Shown here piece after piece: positions 31,770 to 41,081 of a stretch of DNA of 64,000 bases (position 1 is the stretch's first letter; each line of letters opens with the position of its first letter). Source of the stretch: an uncultured Clostridium sp. (GTDB taxonomy: Bacteria; Bacillota; Clostridia; TANB77; CAG-508). A program made the position numbers and the translations under genes. Below the pieces are notes generated by a model. The model was not told the origin of the DNA. It saw only the letters and a list, made by a program, of their open reading frames with translations, and did not search any database. The DNA is taken from contig USGY01000001.1 in assembly GCA_900554365.1 (NCBI GenBank), forward strand, positions 91,214-155,213, written 5' to 3'.

Positions 31770-31871
31770 ATGTGGCAATTTATATTAGGATTATTTATAG
31801 GTGCTAATGTTTCATTATTATTATATGCAATAATTCTTGTTGGCAAAAGGAGTGATACATACAATGAATGA
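31770..31871 (+). CDS. candidate 33-aa hydrophobic micro-protein (MWQFILGLFIGANVSLLLYAIILVGKRSDTYNE)
   Basis: AAGAGGTG RBS 7 nt upstream. Its stop overlaps the ATG of the next gene (ATGAATGA). Too short for the ORF track. Confidence 0.35.
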   Translation: MWQFILGLFIGANVSLLLYAIILVGKRSDTYNE

Positions 31872-32679
31872 AGAAAATAAAATAGGATATTATGCAATCA
31901 TTCCTGCAACTGTTTTATTCAATGAAAAGATTAAGGCTAATGAAAAATTGTTATATGCTATAATAACTGTTCTATCCAATAAAGAAGGATATTGTTATGC
32001 ATCGAATAATTATTTAGGAAGATTATTAAATGCACAACCACACACTATTTCAAAATGGGTATCGCATTTAAAATCATTAGGATTTGTATGTTTAGATATA
32101 ATAAAGAATGATAAAGGAGAAATTATACAACGAAGAATTTATCCTAATGATACACCCTATACGATAAACAGGACATACCCCTATGCGATAGATAGGACAG
32201 AGGGTATGTCCCAAAAAGGACAATATAATAATATAATAGATAATAATATAAATAATAAGAAGATAGATAGATTATTTAATTATATAATAGACAAAGATAA
32301 AGAAAAAGAAATTCCAGAAGAATTTATAAATGTTGAATATAATGAAATAATTGTTGCATTAAAAAGATATGAAATGTTTTATTCAAAAGAAAGTATGCAA
32401 TATATATCTTCTGAAAATTTGGATAGAATTAAAGATATAACATACATTATTGCATTAATGGTAAAAAATAGACTGTTCTATTTATCTAATAAGGTTAGTA
32501 GAGATAAGTTGATTCAAATGTATAATGATTGCAAAAATAGGGAGAATCAATATAAAGGAACAGATAATCAAATTGAAAATTTTATTAACTACTATTATAA
32601 GAGTGTAGAAAACGAATTAACGAAGGATGTATCAACACCTTCTTTTTTTATACCAGATAATAGTGAAATAGAAATTTAA
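31864..32679 (+). CDS. helix-turn-helix DNA-binding protein (replication-initiator/DnaD-like N-domain)
   Basis: YYAIIPATVLFNEKIKANEKLLYAIITVLSNKEGYCYASNNYLGRLLNAQPHTISKWVSHLKSLGF is a winged-HTH type common at ICE ends. ATG 31864; the track ORF starts at TTG 31837. Confidence 0.6.
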   Translation: MNEENKIGYYAIIPATVLFNEKIKANEKLLYAIITVLSNKEGYCYASNNYLGRLLNAQPHTISKWVSHLKSLGFVCLDIIKNDKGEIIQRRIYPNDTPYTINRTYPYAIDRTEGMSQKGQYNNIIDNNINNKKIDRLFNYIIDKDKEKEIPEEFINVEYNEIIVALKRYEMFYSKESMQYISSENLDRIKDITYIIALMVKNRLFYLSNKVSRDKLIQMYNDCKNRENQYKGTDNQIENFINYYYKSVENELTKDVSTPSFFIPDNSEIEI

Positions 32680-32759
32680 TATATAGTAGAGGAGGTGTTT
32701 CTTATGCCATATCCATAAGGTATAAAAAATAAAATATTAAGAGAAAGGAGAATTTTTCA

Positions 32760-33083
32760 ATGAAGATTTACAAAGTAACATATAGAAACATTTATATTGA
32801 ATCTGGTGAAAACGAAACTATTACAACAGTTTTTTTAGATAAAACTTTAGCTCTTAAATTTTATCAAAGAGAAAAAGAAAAGATAAAAAAACAGGAAGAA
32901 GAATTAGATATGGAAGATTATTGCATTGATGAAACCGATTCATTATACGAAAGATATTTAGATGGACGCTCTGCCGAAGATTCTATTGCCGTTTTTATAG
33001 AAGAAGATGAAACCTATGATGAAAGAATGTTACAAGAATTACAAAAATCACAAAGCGAAAAGGATAAAGACTATGAAATGTAA
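32760..33083 (+). CDS. hypothetical small acidic protein
   Basis: ORF with an AAAGGAG RBS. No recognisable motif. Confidence 0.5.
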   Translation: MKIYKVTYRNIYIESGENETITTVFLDKTLALKFYQREKEKIKKQEEELDMEDYCIDETDSLYERYLDGRSAEDSIAVFIEEDETYDERMLQELQKSQSEKDKDYEM

Positions 33084-33792
33084 GAAAATATTAGTTATAA
33101 TGCTAATTCTTATATTTATTATAGTCTTTTCTATATGTGTGTATTTATTGTTAAAAGATCTGCAAGAGTTAAATGAAAGCAATGAATCTACAGAAGATTT
33201 GATTGAAGAATCCGTTGAAATAAATGAAGAAACACAGGAAAAGAAAATAGATTGGGATTATCTAAAATCAGTTAATGAAGATATAGTTGCTTGGATTGAA
33301 ATTGAAGGCACGAATATAAATTATCCTATTCTAAAAGATAAGGATGTTTATTACTTAAAACATTCATTTGATAAGACATATAATAGTAATGGATCTATAT
33401 TCACAACAGATTTATTACCATTTGAAACTAATGAAACAATAGTATATGGGCATAATATGAAGAATGGAAGTATGTTTTCAAATTTGGGTAATTATTTGGA
33501 TAAGGATTTTCTTTATTCTCATCTCAAATTTAAAATATATACTCCAAATTGCGACTATGAAGCAACAATTTTTAGTGTGTATTCTATAGGAATTTCAACT
33601 GAAAGTAATAATATAAAATTATTAGATTTTAGTGAAAGAATAAAATACTATGAAAAGGCTAGTAAATATGATATTGAATATAATGGAGGTATCAATAAAA
33701 TAGTTAAGTTATCTACTTGTTCTTATATAAATGCAAAAACAAGACCAACAGATCAGAGATACTACATTATTGCTAGTCTTATACCTATGTAA
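33073..33792 (+). CDS. srtB: class B sortase
   Basis: N-terminal TM helix, NEDIVAWIEIEGTNINYPI, catalytic His (VYGHNMKNGSMF), Cys (KLSTCSY) and Arg. ATG 33073 overlaps the upstream stop. Confidence 0.85.
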   Translation: MKCKKILVIMLILIFIIVFSICVYLLLKDLQELNESNESTEDLIEESVEINEETQEKKIDWDYLKSVNEDIVAWIEIEGTNINYPILKDKDVYYLKHSFDKTYNSNGSIFTTDLLPFETNETIVYGHNMKNGSMFSNLGNYLDKDFLYSHLKFKIYTPNCDYEATIFSVYSIGISTESNNIKLLDFSERIKYYEKASKYDIEYNGGINKIVKLSTCSYINAKTRPTDQRYYIIASLIPM

Positions 33793-33862
33793 AAAGAAAT
33801 TGTGGAAAAAGGGCTGACAAATTTTAAATTTCACGTTATTATTATAGTAGGAGGTGTCTATT

Positions 33863-34591
33863 ATGATGAAAAAGAGAATCCTTATAATAATAATTTTGAT
33901 ATTAGTTATTCTTGGAATCGGAGGAACTTTATATTTCATATCGTACAAGAATGATAGTCAAGGTAAAATAGATAATGCAAATGAATTAAGTCCTATGCCA
34001 GAAAATATAATCAAGTCTATTGCAGATGATACAAATACAGTAGTTAATGAAATTGAGAGTAATCCTGTTGAAGAAAATATTGAAACTACTATTACTGAAA
34101 CAAATAATGAAAATACAGAAGTAGTTGAAGCTAAACAGGAAACTCAAACAACTACGAAAAATACACAATCATCTACTCAAACAAAGAGTGGTCCATCAAA
34201 TAATAATTCAAGTACACCAAAGAAAGAAAATGTAACACAAAGTACAAGTCAAACAACAACACATACATCTACAACTACTTCAGTAACTAATCCTACTTCT
34301 CAATCATCAAGTAGTCAAAATAATAAACAAGAAGAAACTAAAACAGAGCAAAAAGTTGAAAGATGTACTAATAATAACAATCACGGAATGAATATAGGAA
34401 ACTCTGGAAAATGGTTTAATTCTAAAAATGATGCTATTGCTTACTATAATCAACAAATAAAATATTGGGGAGATCAATGGGAAAACAACAAAATAGATAA
34501 TGACACATATTATAAAAATTGTCCTTCTGGATATGAAGTATGGGATTGTATGTATTGTGGTAAATGGACTATAAACTTTTATTACAGATAA
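33863..34591 (+). CDS. membrane-anchored/secreted protein with S/T/N/Q-rich linker and Cys-containing C-terminal domain
   Basis: Signal-anchor KKRILIIIILILVILGIGG, a low-complexity linker, and a C-terminal ~90 aa with 4 Cys and several Trp. Confidence 0.6.
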   Translation: MMKKRILIIIILILVILGIGGTLYFISYKNDSQGKIDNANELSPMPENIIKSIADDTNTVVNEIESNPVEENIETTITETNNENTEVVEAKQETQTTTKNTQSSTQTKSGPSNNNSSTPKKENVTQSTSQTTTHTSTTTSVTNPTSQSSSSQNNKQEETKTEQKVERCTNNNNHGMNIGNSGKWFNSKNDAIAYYNQQIKYWGDQWENNKIDNDTYYKNCPSGYEVWDCMYCGKWTINFYYR

Positions 34592-34650
34592 GTAAAACTA
34601 TATAAAGGTCAAGATTGAGTTCTTGGCTCTTTTTTTATGGGAGGAAAACT

Positions 34651-34854
34651 ATGATAAAAAGAGTGTTAAAAATAATAGAAAGATTAAATGCAGAAAAATC
34701 TAAATTTGTAACTGAACAATCTAAACTACAAAAGAAAATTGATGATATTGACATTAAAATAAAAAATTATACTACAATAAAAAAGGAGTATGAAAAATTA
34801 GAGAAAAAATTTATTGATTGCACACATCCTAAAGAGGAAAAAAATAATGAATGA
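34651..34854 (+). CDS. hypothetical small coiled-coil protein
   Basis: GGGAGG RBS. K/E-rich 67-aa ORF. Confidence 0.45.
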   Translation: MIKRVLKIIERLNAEKSKFVTEQSKLQKKIDDIDIKIKNYTTIKKEYEKLEKKFIDCTHPKEEKNNE

Positions 34855-35407
34855 GCAGGATAAAAAATTATTAGAACTTTATTTAAAGGATGCTAGAAAA
34901 AAGAAAATATTTTTTCTTATTATTGCAATATTTCTTATAATAAGTATATTTTTTTATGGATTTTATGCCAAATATAATCAATCATCAAATGATATAGACA
35001 ACTTTATCCAAAAAGATGATGAAAACAATATTATCAATGAAAATAATACAGATGAAGAAACTACTTCAAATATTGAAAATATAACGATTAAAGAAAATAC
35101 GGAACAGGTAGAGGAAGCAACGAAAGATAATACAAATATAGTTGCAAAAGAAGAAAATACAAAGCAAGAAATAAAAGAGAACCCTAAAGAAAATACACAG
35201 ACTACTACTGCATCAAATGAAAATAAAGAGAAAAACACAAAGAAAAAACCAGCAAATAAAGATTTTTTATTTACTGATGGATATACTATGGATAATGTAA
35301 CACAAGCTGCACAAGAATATTTAAAGTCTTATGATTTTAGTGGCGAGTGTGTTCCTATAAAAGACAATGAAGGTGTTTATTTAGGAATGAGAGTAACATT
35401 TTATTAA
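34847..35407 (+). CDS. membrane-anchored protein with N/E/T-rich linker and small C-terminal domain
   Basis: TM helix FFLIIAIFLIISIFFYGF. ATG overlaps the upstream stop. Confidence 0.55.
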   Translation: MNEQDKKLLELYLKDARKKKIFFLIIAIFLIISIFFYGFYAKYNQSSNDIDNFIQKDDENNIINENNTDEETTSNIENITIKENTEQVEEATKDNTNIVAKEENTKQEIKENPKENTQTTTASNENKEKNTKKKPANKDFLFTDGYTMDNVTQAAQEYLKSYDFSGECVPIKDNEGVYLGMRVTFY

Positions 35408-35463
35408 AGGGATTTTGTACCCTTTATTTTTTTGCAAATTTTTAAGAAAAGGAGATTTTAAAA

Positions 35464-38400
35464 GTGAAAACTATTAAGAATTATATTTTAAATAAAAAAA
35501 TAGTTGCAATACTATTGCTATTAATTACTATATTAACTAATATTAGTCCAGTTTTTGCAGTATCTGGAAGTGGCTCTTTCGTTGGAGGTCAATATGCTTC
35601 TGGAATGTTAACTACAGATCATGCAGCAGGTTCAACTGGCGTTTTAATTAGAAGATTGATAAACAATACTACTGGAGAAAGATATACCGTTTTTTGTGCT
35701 GAACACGGGGTAGATTTCAAAACAGGAAGTTCTTATAATGGGAATTATTATACACCTACAGATGCTACAATAAAAAGAGCTTGTAAGATTGCTTATTTTG
35801 GTTGGTATAAGGACAATGGGGGTTATGTAGTAGATGGAGGAATACTTGCAAATGATATGAAATGGGTAAAGCAAGCCTATGTTTTTACTCAACAATACAT
35901 TTGGGAAACTTTAGGACAATCAAATGCTACATTTAGAGATTCAACAGTTCAAGCCGACTATGTCGCATTTAAAAATGATATAAATAATAAAATTAACAAT
36001 ATGCAAACAAGACCTAGCTTTGATGCAACTACTATTGAAATAGAAGCAGGAGAAACCAAAGTATTGAATGATACAAACGGAGTATTAGCTGATTATTCAA
36101 GTATAGACAATACAAAAGATAATGTGAGATTTCAACACAATAAAGGAGAAAACACATTAACAATTACAGTATCAGAAGATTGCACCGTAGAAAGTCTAAA
36201 TATTTCTGATAGCACATTTCAAAGTTGGGGATTAGTAAAAGAAGAATCAAGAGATCAAGATACAACTGTATATTTTTCTTTTACAACTGGAGTACAAGAT
36301 CAGTTAATGGCTTTACATTATAATGATCCAGTACCTATGGCAATGAGCTTGAAAATAAATTTGTTTGGAAATATAGAATTAACAAAATTAAGTGATAACA
36401 ATGACTTGGTAAATGGTGCTGTGTTTAGTATTACAGGTCCTAATAATTACAATAAAGATGTAACTGTTACAAATGGAAAAATCACTATAGATAAATTAAG
36501 AGCAGGAACTTATACTATAAAAGAAAAATCTGCTCCAGAAGGATATTTATTAAATCCAGAATCATATCAAGTAGAAGTTAAGGCAGCACAAACATCAACA
36601 AAAACAATAATAGATGCAGAACCTACTGGTAAGATTTTATTATATAAAGTTAGTGAAAATAATGACAAAATTAGTGGTGCAGTATTCAAAGTAACTGCAG
36701 CAGAAAAAATCACAAATAAAGCAGGAACAAAAACATTCTATACGGAAGGTCAAGAAGTTGCTACAATAACAACTGCATCTGGAACTGGAATTGCACAAAT
36801 TGATAATCTTCCACTTGGAAAATACTATGTAAAAGAAATTTCTGCTCCAACTGGATATTTATTAAATGAAAACACATATACTGCAAATCTAGTATATAAA
36901 AATGATACAACTCCAGTAATAACAATAGAAATCAAAGGGATTGTTGATGAGGAGCCAACTGGTACAATATCAATTATAAAGAAAGATAGTAAGACTGGTT
37001 CTATTGCACAGGGAGATGCAACCCTAAAAAATGCAGTTTATAAGGTATATGCAAACGAAGATATTTATAATGTTGCTAAATCAAATAAATTCTATAGTAA
37101 AGGTGATTTAGTTGCGACACGAACTACAGATGAAAAAGGAGTCTGTCAAGATGTTACTGACTTACCTCTTGGAAAATACATTGTTAAGGAAGAAGTAGCA
37201 CCAATAGGATATTTAATTGATAAAAAAGAATATGAAGTAAATCTAAAATATAAAGATCAATACACAAAAATAATTACTGGAAATGCAAATAGCACAGATA
37301 AGGTAAAAGAAATGAGAGTTCATATTTTTAAGAGTGGCATTGATGTTAATTCTGGAAAAACACCTGGATTAGCAGGTGCGATATTCACTATTAAATTAAA
37401 TAGTGCAGTACAAAGAGCTTATGATAAAGGTTACACATACGCAGAGGTATGGGGTGGCATTGATGAGTATGGAAATGCAGTAACAGTTGATAGCAAGAGA
37501 GTTGCCGAAGCACAAGTTATTGCTCCAACTTATGAAGCAATAGAAACGGATGAAAACGGAGATGCTTATACACAAAATGTTTTACCTTATGGAACATTTA
37601 TAGTAAAAGAAACAACAACTCCAAAAGATTACGAAAGTGCAGCAGATTTTACATTTTCAATAACACAAGATGAATCAGAGATACAAGATATTGCTAAAAA
37701 AGTAAAAGATATTGTCGTAAATAATGAGCAATTAGAAACTTATATCAAACTAATTAAGAAAGATAAAACTTCTGGAAAAACAGTATCATTAAATAATGCT
37801 ACATTCCAGATTAAAGCAACAAAGGATATATATGATAGAGCAACAAACAAAATACTTTACAAAAAAGGTGAAGTTGTAACACAAAAAATTGGTAGCACAA
37901 CTTATAATTCTTTCACAACTAATGCAAAGAATATAATTGTACCAGCTAATAGTTATAGCAATAAAGAAGGAGATTCAATAGGCTCTGTAATAACTCCACT
38001 AAAATTAGAAGTTGGAAGTTATCAGATTACTGAAATCAAAATTCCAGAAGGATTTTTACAACTTGAAAATCCAGTTACATTTAAAGTTGAGGGAATAAGA
38101 AATTATGACACAGATCAGGATGGAGATTTTATTTTAGAAGTAGAAGTTTTAAATGAACAACCTACAGGAACTCTAATTATTGATAAATCAATAGCATTAA
38201 GAGAAGATGCAGATACATCATTAGTTGATATATCTGATTTAAGTGGTATTCAATTTAAACTTGTTGCGAAAGAAAACATCATTGATTATGCAGATGGAAG
38301 TATCATTTATAAAGCTGGGCAAGAAATAAAAACTTATAATCTTAATAAAAATGGAGATTTAAAAGTTGAAAAATTACCAATGGGAAAATATCAATTACAA

Positions 38401-40251
38401 GAAATAAAAACTCTTGATGGATTAGTATTAAATAATACAATCTATGATATAGAATTTAATAAACAAGATGATGTAACTAAAGTATATACAGTAACAGAAG
38501 ATATAGCAAATGACACAACATTTGTAGAATTTTCAAAAACAGATATTACTGGAGAAAAGGAACTTGAAGGAGCTAAATTAACAGTTTTTGATAAAGATGG
38601 AAATGTAATTGATTCTTGGACTTCAACAGATAAAACACATAAAATTGAAGGATTAGTTGCAGGAAAATCTTATATATTAAGAGAAGAAATTGCTCCAAAA
38701 GGATTTGTTAGAGCTACTAATATAGAATTCAAAGTTGAAAATACAAAAGAAATTCAAAAAGTAACAATGATTGATAAAGTTGTAGATATGACTAAAAATA
38801 ACATTGCAGGAGATGAAGTTGAAGGTGCTAAAATGCAAGTATTCGACAAAGAAGGAAATATAGTTGATGAGTGGACTTCTGGAAAAGAGGCACACAAAAT
38901 CAGTAATTTAGTTGAAGGAGAAAAATATACTTTACACGAAGAAACTGCTCCAGATGGTTATGTTGTTGCTACAGATATTGAATTTGAAGTAACATTAGAC
39001 AAAGAAACTCAACACGAAGTGATGACAGACAAAATAGTCGAAATGACTAAAAAGAATATTGCAGGAGATGAAATTGAAGGTGCTTCTATGAAAGTATTTG
39101 ATAAAGAAGGAAATTTAGTAGATGAATGGATTTCTGGAAAAGAAGCACATAAAATCAATAACTTAAAAGAAGGAAATACTTATATTTTACACGAAGAAAC
39201 TGCTCCAGATGGTTATGTTCTTGCAACTGATGTTGAATTTACAGTAACTACAGATAAGGAAACACAACACGAAGTTATGATTGATAAAGTTGTTGAAATG
39301 AGCAAGGTCGATGTTGCAGGAGAAGAAGTAGAGGGAGCAAAAATCCAAGTATTTGATAAAGATGGAAACATTGTTGATGAATGGACTTCTGGAAAAGAAA
39401 CACACAAAATCAATAATTTAGTTGAAGGAGAAACCTATATTCTTCACGAAGAAATTACTCCAGAAGGATATGTAAAAGCAACTGATGTTGAGTTCACAGT
39501 AACTACAGATAAAGAAACACAACACGAAGTTATGGTTGATAAAATAGTAGATGTAACAAAAACAGATTTAACAAATGGTGAAGAACTTGAAGGTGCTGAA
39601 TTAGTTGTTACAGATAAAGATGGAAATATTATTGATAAATGGACTTCAACTAAAGAGCCTCATCATATTACTGGATTAGAAGAAGGTAAGAAATATACAT
39701 TAACTGAAACAACTGCTCCATACGGATATGAAATTGCAGAATCTATCGAATTTGAAGTTTCTTGCGATAAGGAAAATCAATTATTAGAGATGAAAGATAT
39801 GCCTATATTAAAGTTTGTTAGAGTTGAAAAATTAGATAAAGACACAAAAGAACACATTAAATCAAATAAATTTGTTTTCGGAATTTATGAAGATGAAGAA
39901 TGTACTAAACTTATTAAAGAAGCAGGAGCAAATGAATTTGAAGGAACTGCATTATTCGATGAGTTAAGATATGGAACTTACTACATTAAAGAAATTAAAG
40001 CACCTTTAGGATATAAACTATCAGACCAAGTTGTTAAAGTAGAAATAAATGACAAAGGCGTATTGGCTGATGGTGTATCATTGGAAGAAAAAGATGGTAT
40101 TTACAGTTTTGAATATTACAACTCTTTACTTCCAAAAATTCAAACAGGAAATGAAACAAATTACTTCTTATTAGGAAGTTTAGCAGTAATTTCTTTAATC
40201 GGAATAGTTGGTGGAATTATGCTATTAAGAAAAAAACACAATGAAAAATAA
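35464..40251 (+). CDS. cell-wall-anchored adhesin with many Cna-B/SpaA-type (prealbumin-fold) domains
   Basis: Signal peptide, more than 10 repeats of the G.Y.(I/L)KE...P.GY pattern, then C-terminal LPKIQTG + hydrophobic helix + RKKHNEK tail. Confidence 0.9.
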   Translation: MKTIKNYILNKKIVAILLLLITILTNISPVFAVSGSGSFVGGQYASGMLTTDHAAGSTGVLIRRLINNTTGERYTVFCAEHGVDFKTGSSYNGNYYTPTDATIKRACKIAYFGWYKDNGGYVVDGGILANDMKWVKQAYVFTQQYIWETLGQSNATFRDSTVQADYVAFKNDINNKINNMQTRPSFDATTIEIEAGETKVLNDTNGVLADYSSIDNTKDNVRFQHNKGENTLTITVSEDCTVESLNISDSTFQSWGLVKEESRDQDTTVYFSFTTGVQDQLMALHYNDPVPMAMSLKINLFGNIELTKLSDNNDLVNGAVFSITGPNNYNKDVTVTNGKITIDKLRAGTYTIKEKSAPEGYLLNPESYQVEVKAAQTSTKTIIDAEPTGKILLYKVSENNDKISGAVFKVTAAEKITNKAGTKTFYTEGQEVATITTASGTGIAQIDNLPLGKYYVKEISAPTGYLLNENTYTANLVYKNDTTPVITIEIKGIVDEEPTGTISIIKKDSKTGSIAQGDATLKNAVYKVYANEDIYNVAKSNKFYSKGDLVATRTTDEKGVCQDVTDLPLGKYIVKEEVAPIGYLIDKKEYEVNLKYKDQYTKIITGNANSTDKVKEMRVHIFKSGIDVNSGKTPGLAGAIFTIKLNSAVQRAYDKGYTYAEVWGGIDEYGNAVTVDSKRVAEAQVIAPTYEAIETDENGDAYTQNVLPYGTFIVKETTTPKDYESAADFTFSITQDESEIQDIAKKVKDIVVNNEQLETYIKLIKKDKTSGKTVSLNNATFQIKATKDIYDRATNKILYKKGEVVTQKIGSTTYNSFTTNAKNIIVPANSYSNKEGDSIGSVITPLKLEVGSYQITEIKIPEGFLQLENPVTFKVEGIRNYDTDQDGDFILEVEVLNEQPTGTLIIDKSIALREDADTSLVDISDLSGIQFKLVAKENIIDYADGSIIYKAGQEIKTYNLNKNGDLKVEKLPMGKYQLQEIKTLDGLVLNNTIYDIEFNKQDDVTKVYTVTEDIANDTTFVEFSKTDITGEKELEGAKLTVFDKDGNVIDSWTSTDKTHKIEGLVAGKSYILREEIAPKGFVRATNIEFKVENTKEIQKVTMIDKVVDMTKNNIAGDEVEGAKMQVFDKEGNIVDEWTSGKEAHKISNLVEGEKYTLHEETAPDGYVVATDIEFEVTLDKETQHEVMTDKIVEMTKKNIAGDEIEGASMKVFDKEGNLVDEWISGKEAHKINNLKEGNTYILHEETAPDGYVLATDVEFTVTTDKETQHEVMIDKVVEMSKVDVAGEEVEGAKIQVFDKDGNIVDEWTSGKETHKINNLVEGETYILHEEITPEGYVKATDVEFTVTTDKETQHEVMVDKIVDVTKTDLTNGEELEGAELVVTDKDGNIIDKWTSTKEPHHITGLEEGKKYTLTETTAPYGYEIAESIEFEVSCDKENQLLEMKDMPILKFVRVEKLDKDTKEHIKSNKFVFGIYEDEECTKLIKEAGANEFEGTALFDELRYGTYYIKEIKAPLGYKLSDQVVKVEINDKGVLADGVSLEEKDGIYSFEYYNSLLPKIQTGNETNYFLLGSLAVISLIGIVGGIMLLRKKHNEK
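38521..39810 (+). repeat. five tandem ~255-bp (85-aa) coding repeats inside the adhesin
   Basis: Units share (T/S)K.(D/N)(I/V)(A/T)GEE(V/L)EGA...VFDK(D/E)GN(I/V)VDEWTSGKE.HKI.NL.EG..Y.LHEE.AP.GYV.ATD(I/V)EF.VT.DKETQHEVM.DK(I/V)V(E/D)(M/V). Units 2-4 are near-identical at the DNA level in long stretches. Confidence 0.85.
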
Positions 40252-40254
40252 TTT

Positions 40255-40281
40255 GAGTGGGTGAAACTCCCACTCTTTTTT
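40255..40281 (+). terminator. adhesin terminator
   Basis: GAGTGGG / CCCACTC hairpin plus T-run. Confidence 0.7.
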
Positions 40282-40305
40282 CATTTGTGAGAAAAGAGGG
40301 AAACT

Positions 40306-40692
40306 ATGATAGAAAGCAATATAATTTACAATTTTGAAGATTTTAGGGCATTAGTGTCTGACAAAGCAAAAGAAGGAACTTACTATTTATTATATGATGA
40401 TTTATATTTTGAGCAAATAGATAAAAACACAATGATAACAAGAGAGGCATTTACAGTTGCAGGAAGATATACAAAATCATTCAATATAATAAAATATGTA
40501 GATTTTAAACTTAAAGATAATTATACAACAAAGGAATTAGCAGAATTTGTTGAGTTATTAAGAAAACATACAAAAATACTTCTTACAATATACAATCCAA
40601 AGAAAAAGGATTGCTTTTTATTGTTTATAAGTAATAGAGATGATTCACAAATAGAAAAAGAAATTAAAAATTTATTGGAAATGGAGATATGA
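40306..40692 (+). CDS. hypothetical protein
   Basis: ORF with a GAGGG RBS. No motif recognised. Confidence 0.5.
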   Translation: MIESNIIYNFEDFRALVSDKAKEGTYYLLYDDLYFEQIDKNTMITREAFTVAGRYTKSFNIIKYVDFKLKDNYTTKELAEFVELLRKHTKILLTIYNPKKKDCFLLFISNRDDSQIEKEIKNLLEMEI

Positions 40693-40694
40693 TT

Positions 40695-41081
40695 ATGCAA
40701 CAACAAATCAGAATTATAACAACTAAAAAAGGATATGAAGAAATTATGAGTTTTTTACGATCTCATAATAATAAGAAATTAACAAAAAATATAGTAAATG
40801 ATACTACTTGCAAATACATCAATGATATATATTTTTTTAAGTGGGATAATCCTAAATATTTTAGACTTATAAAAAATTTATTAACTGTTATTATAAACAA
40901 AAATATAACACAAAGAGTATGTATTATTGATAGAAATTATATTAAGTTATACGATAATACTCTATTAGAAGATGAATATAAGGATATTCCAATGCCTTCA
41001 ATGACTTGTGAATTCAATGATAAAGAAACTATAAGATTATTAAAACAAATTGATAATGGAGGTAATGAAAATGGGGTATAG
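40695..41081 (+). CDS. hypothetical protein, paralogue A (IRIITTKKGYEE N-terminus)
   Basis: Shares an N-terminal motif with the next ORF. Alternative start at 40689. Confidence 0.5.
   Translation: MQQQIRIITTKKGYEEIMSFLRSHNNKKLTKNIVNDTTCKYINDIYFFKWDNPKYFRLIKNLLTVIINKNITQRVCIIDRNYIKLYDNTLLEDEYKDIPMPSMTCEFNDKETIRLLKQIDNGGNENGV

Noticed and set aside
38521-39810. Periodic 255-bp repeats as a possible CRISPR or satellite array
   Set aside because: The repeats are in frame inside one long ORF and encode Cna-B-type domains. There is no short repeat/spacer architecture.
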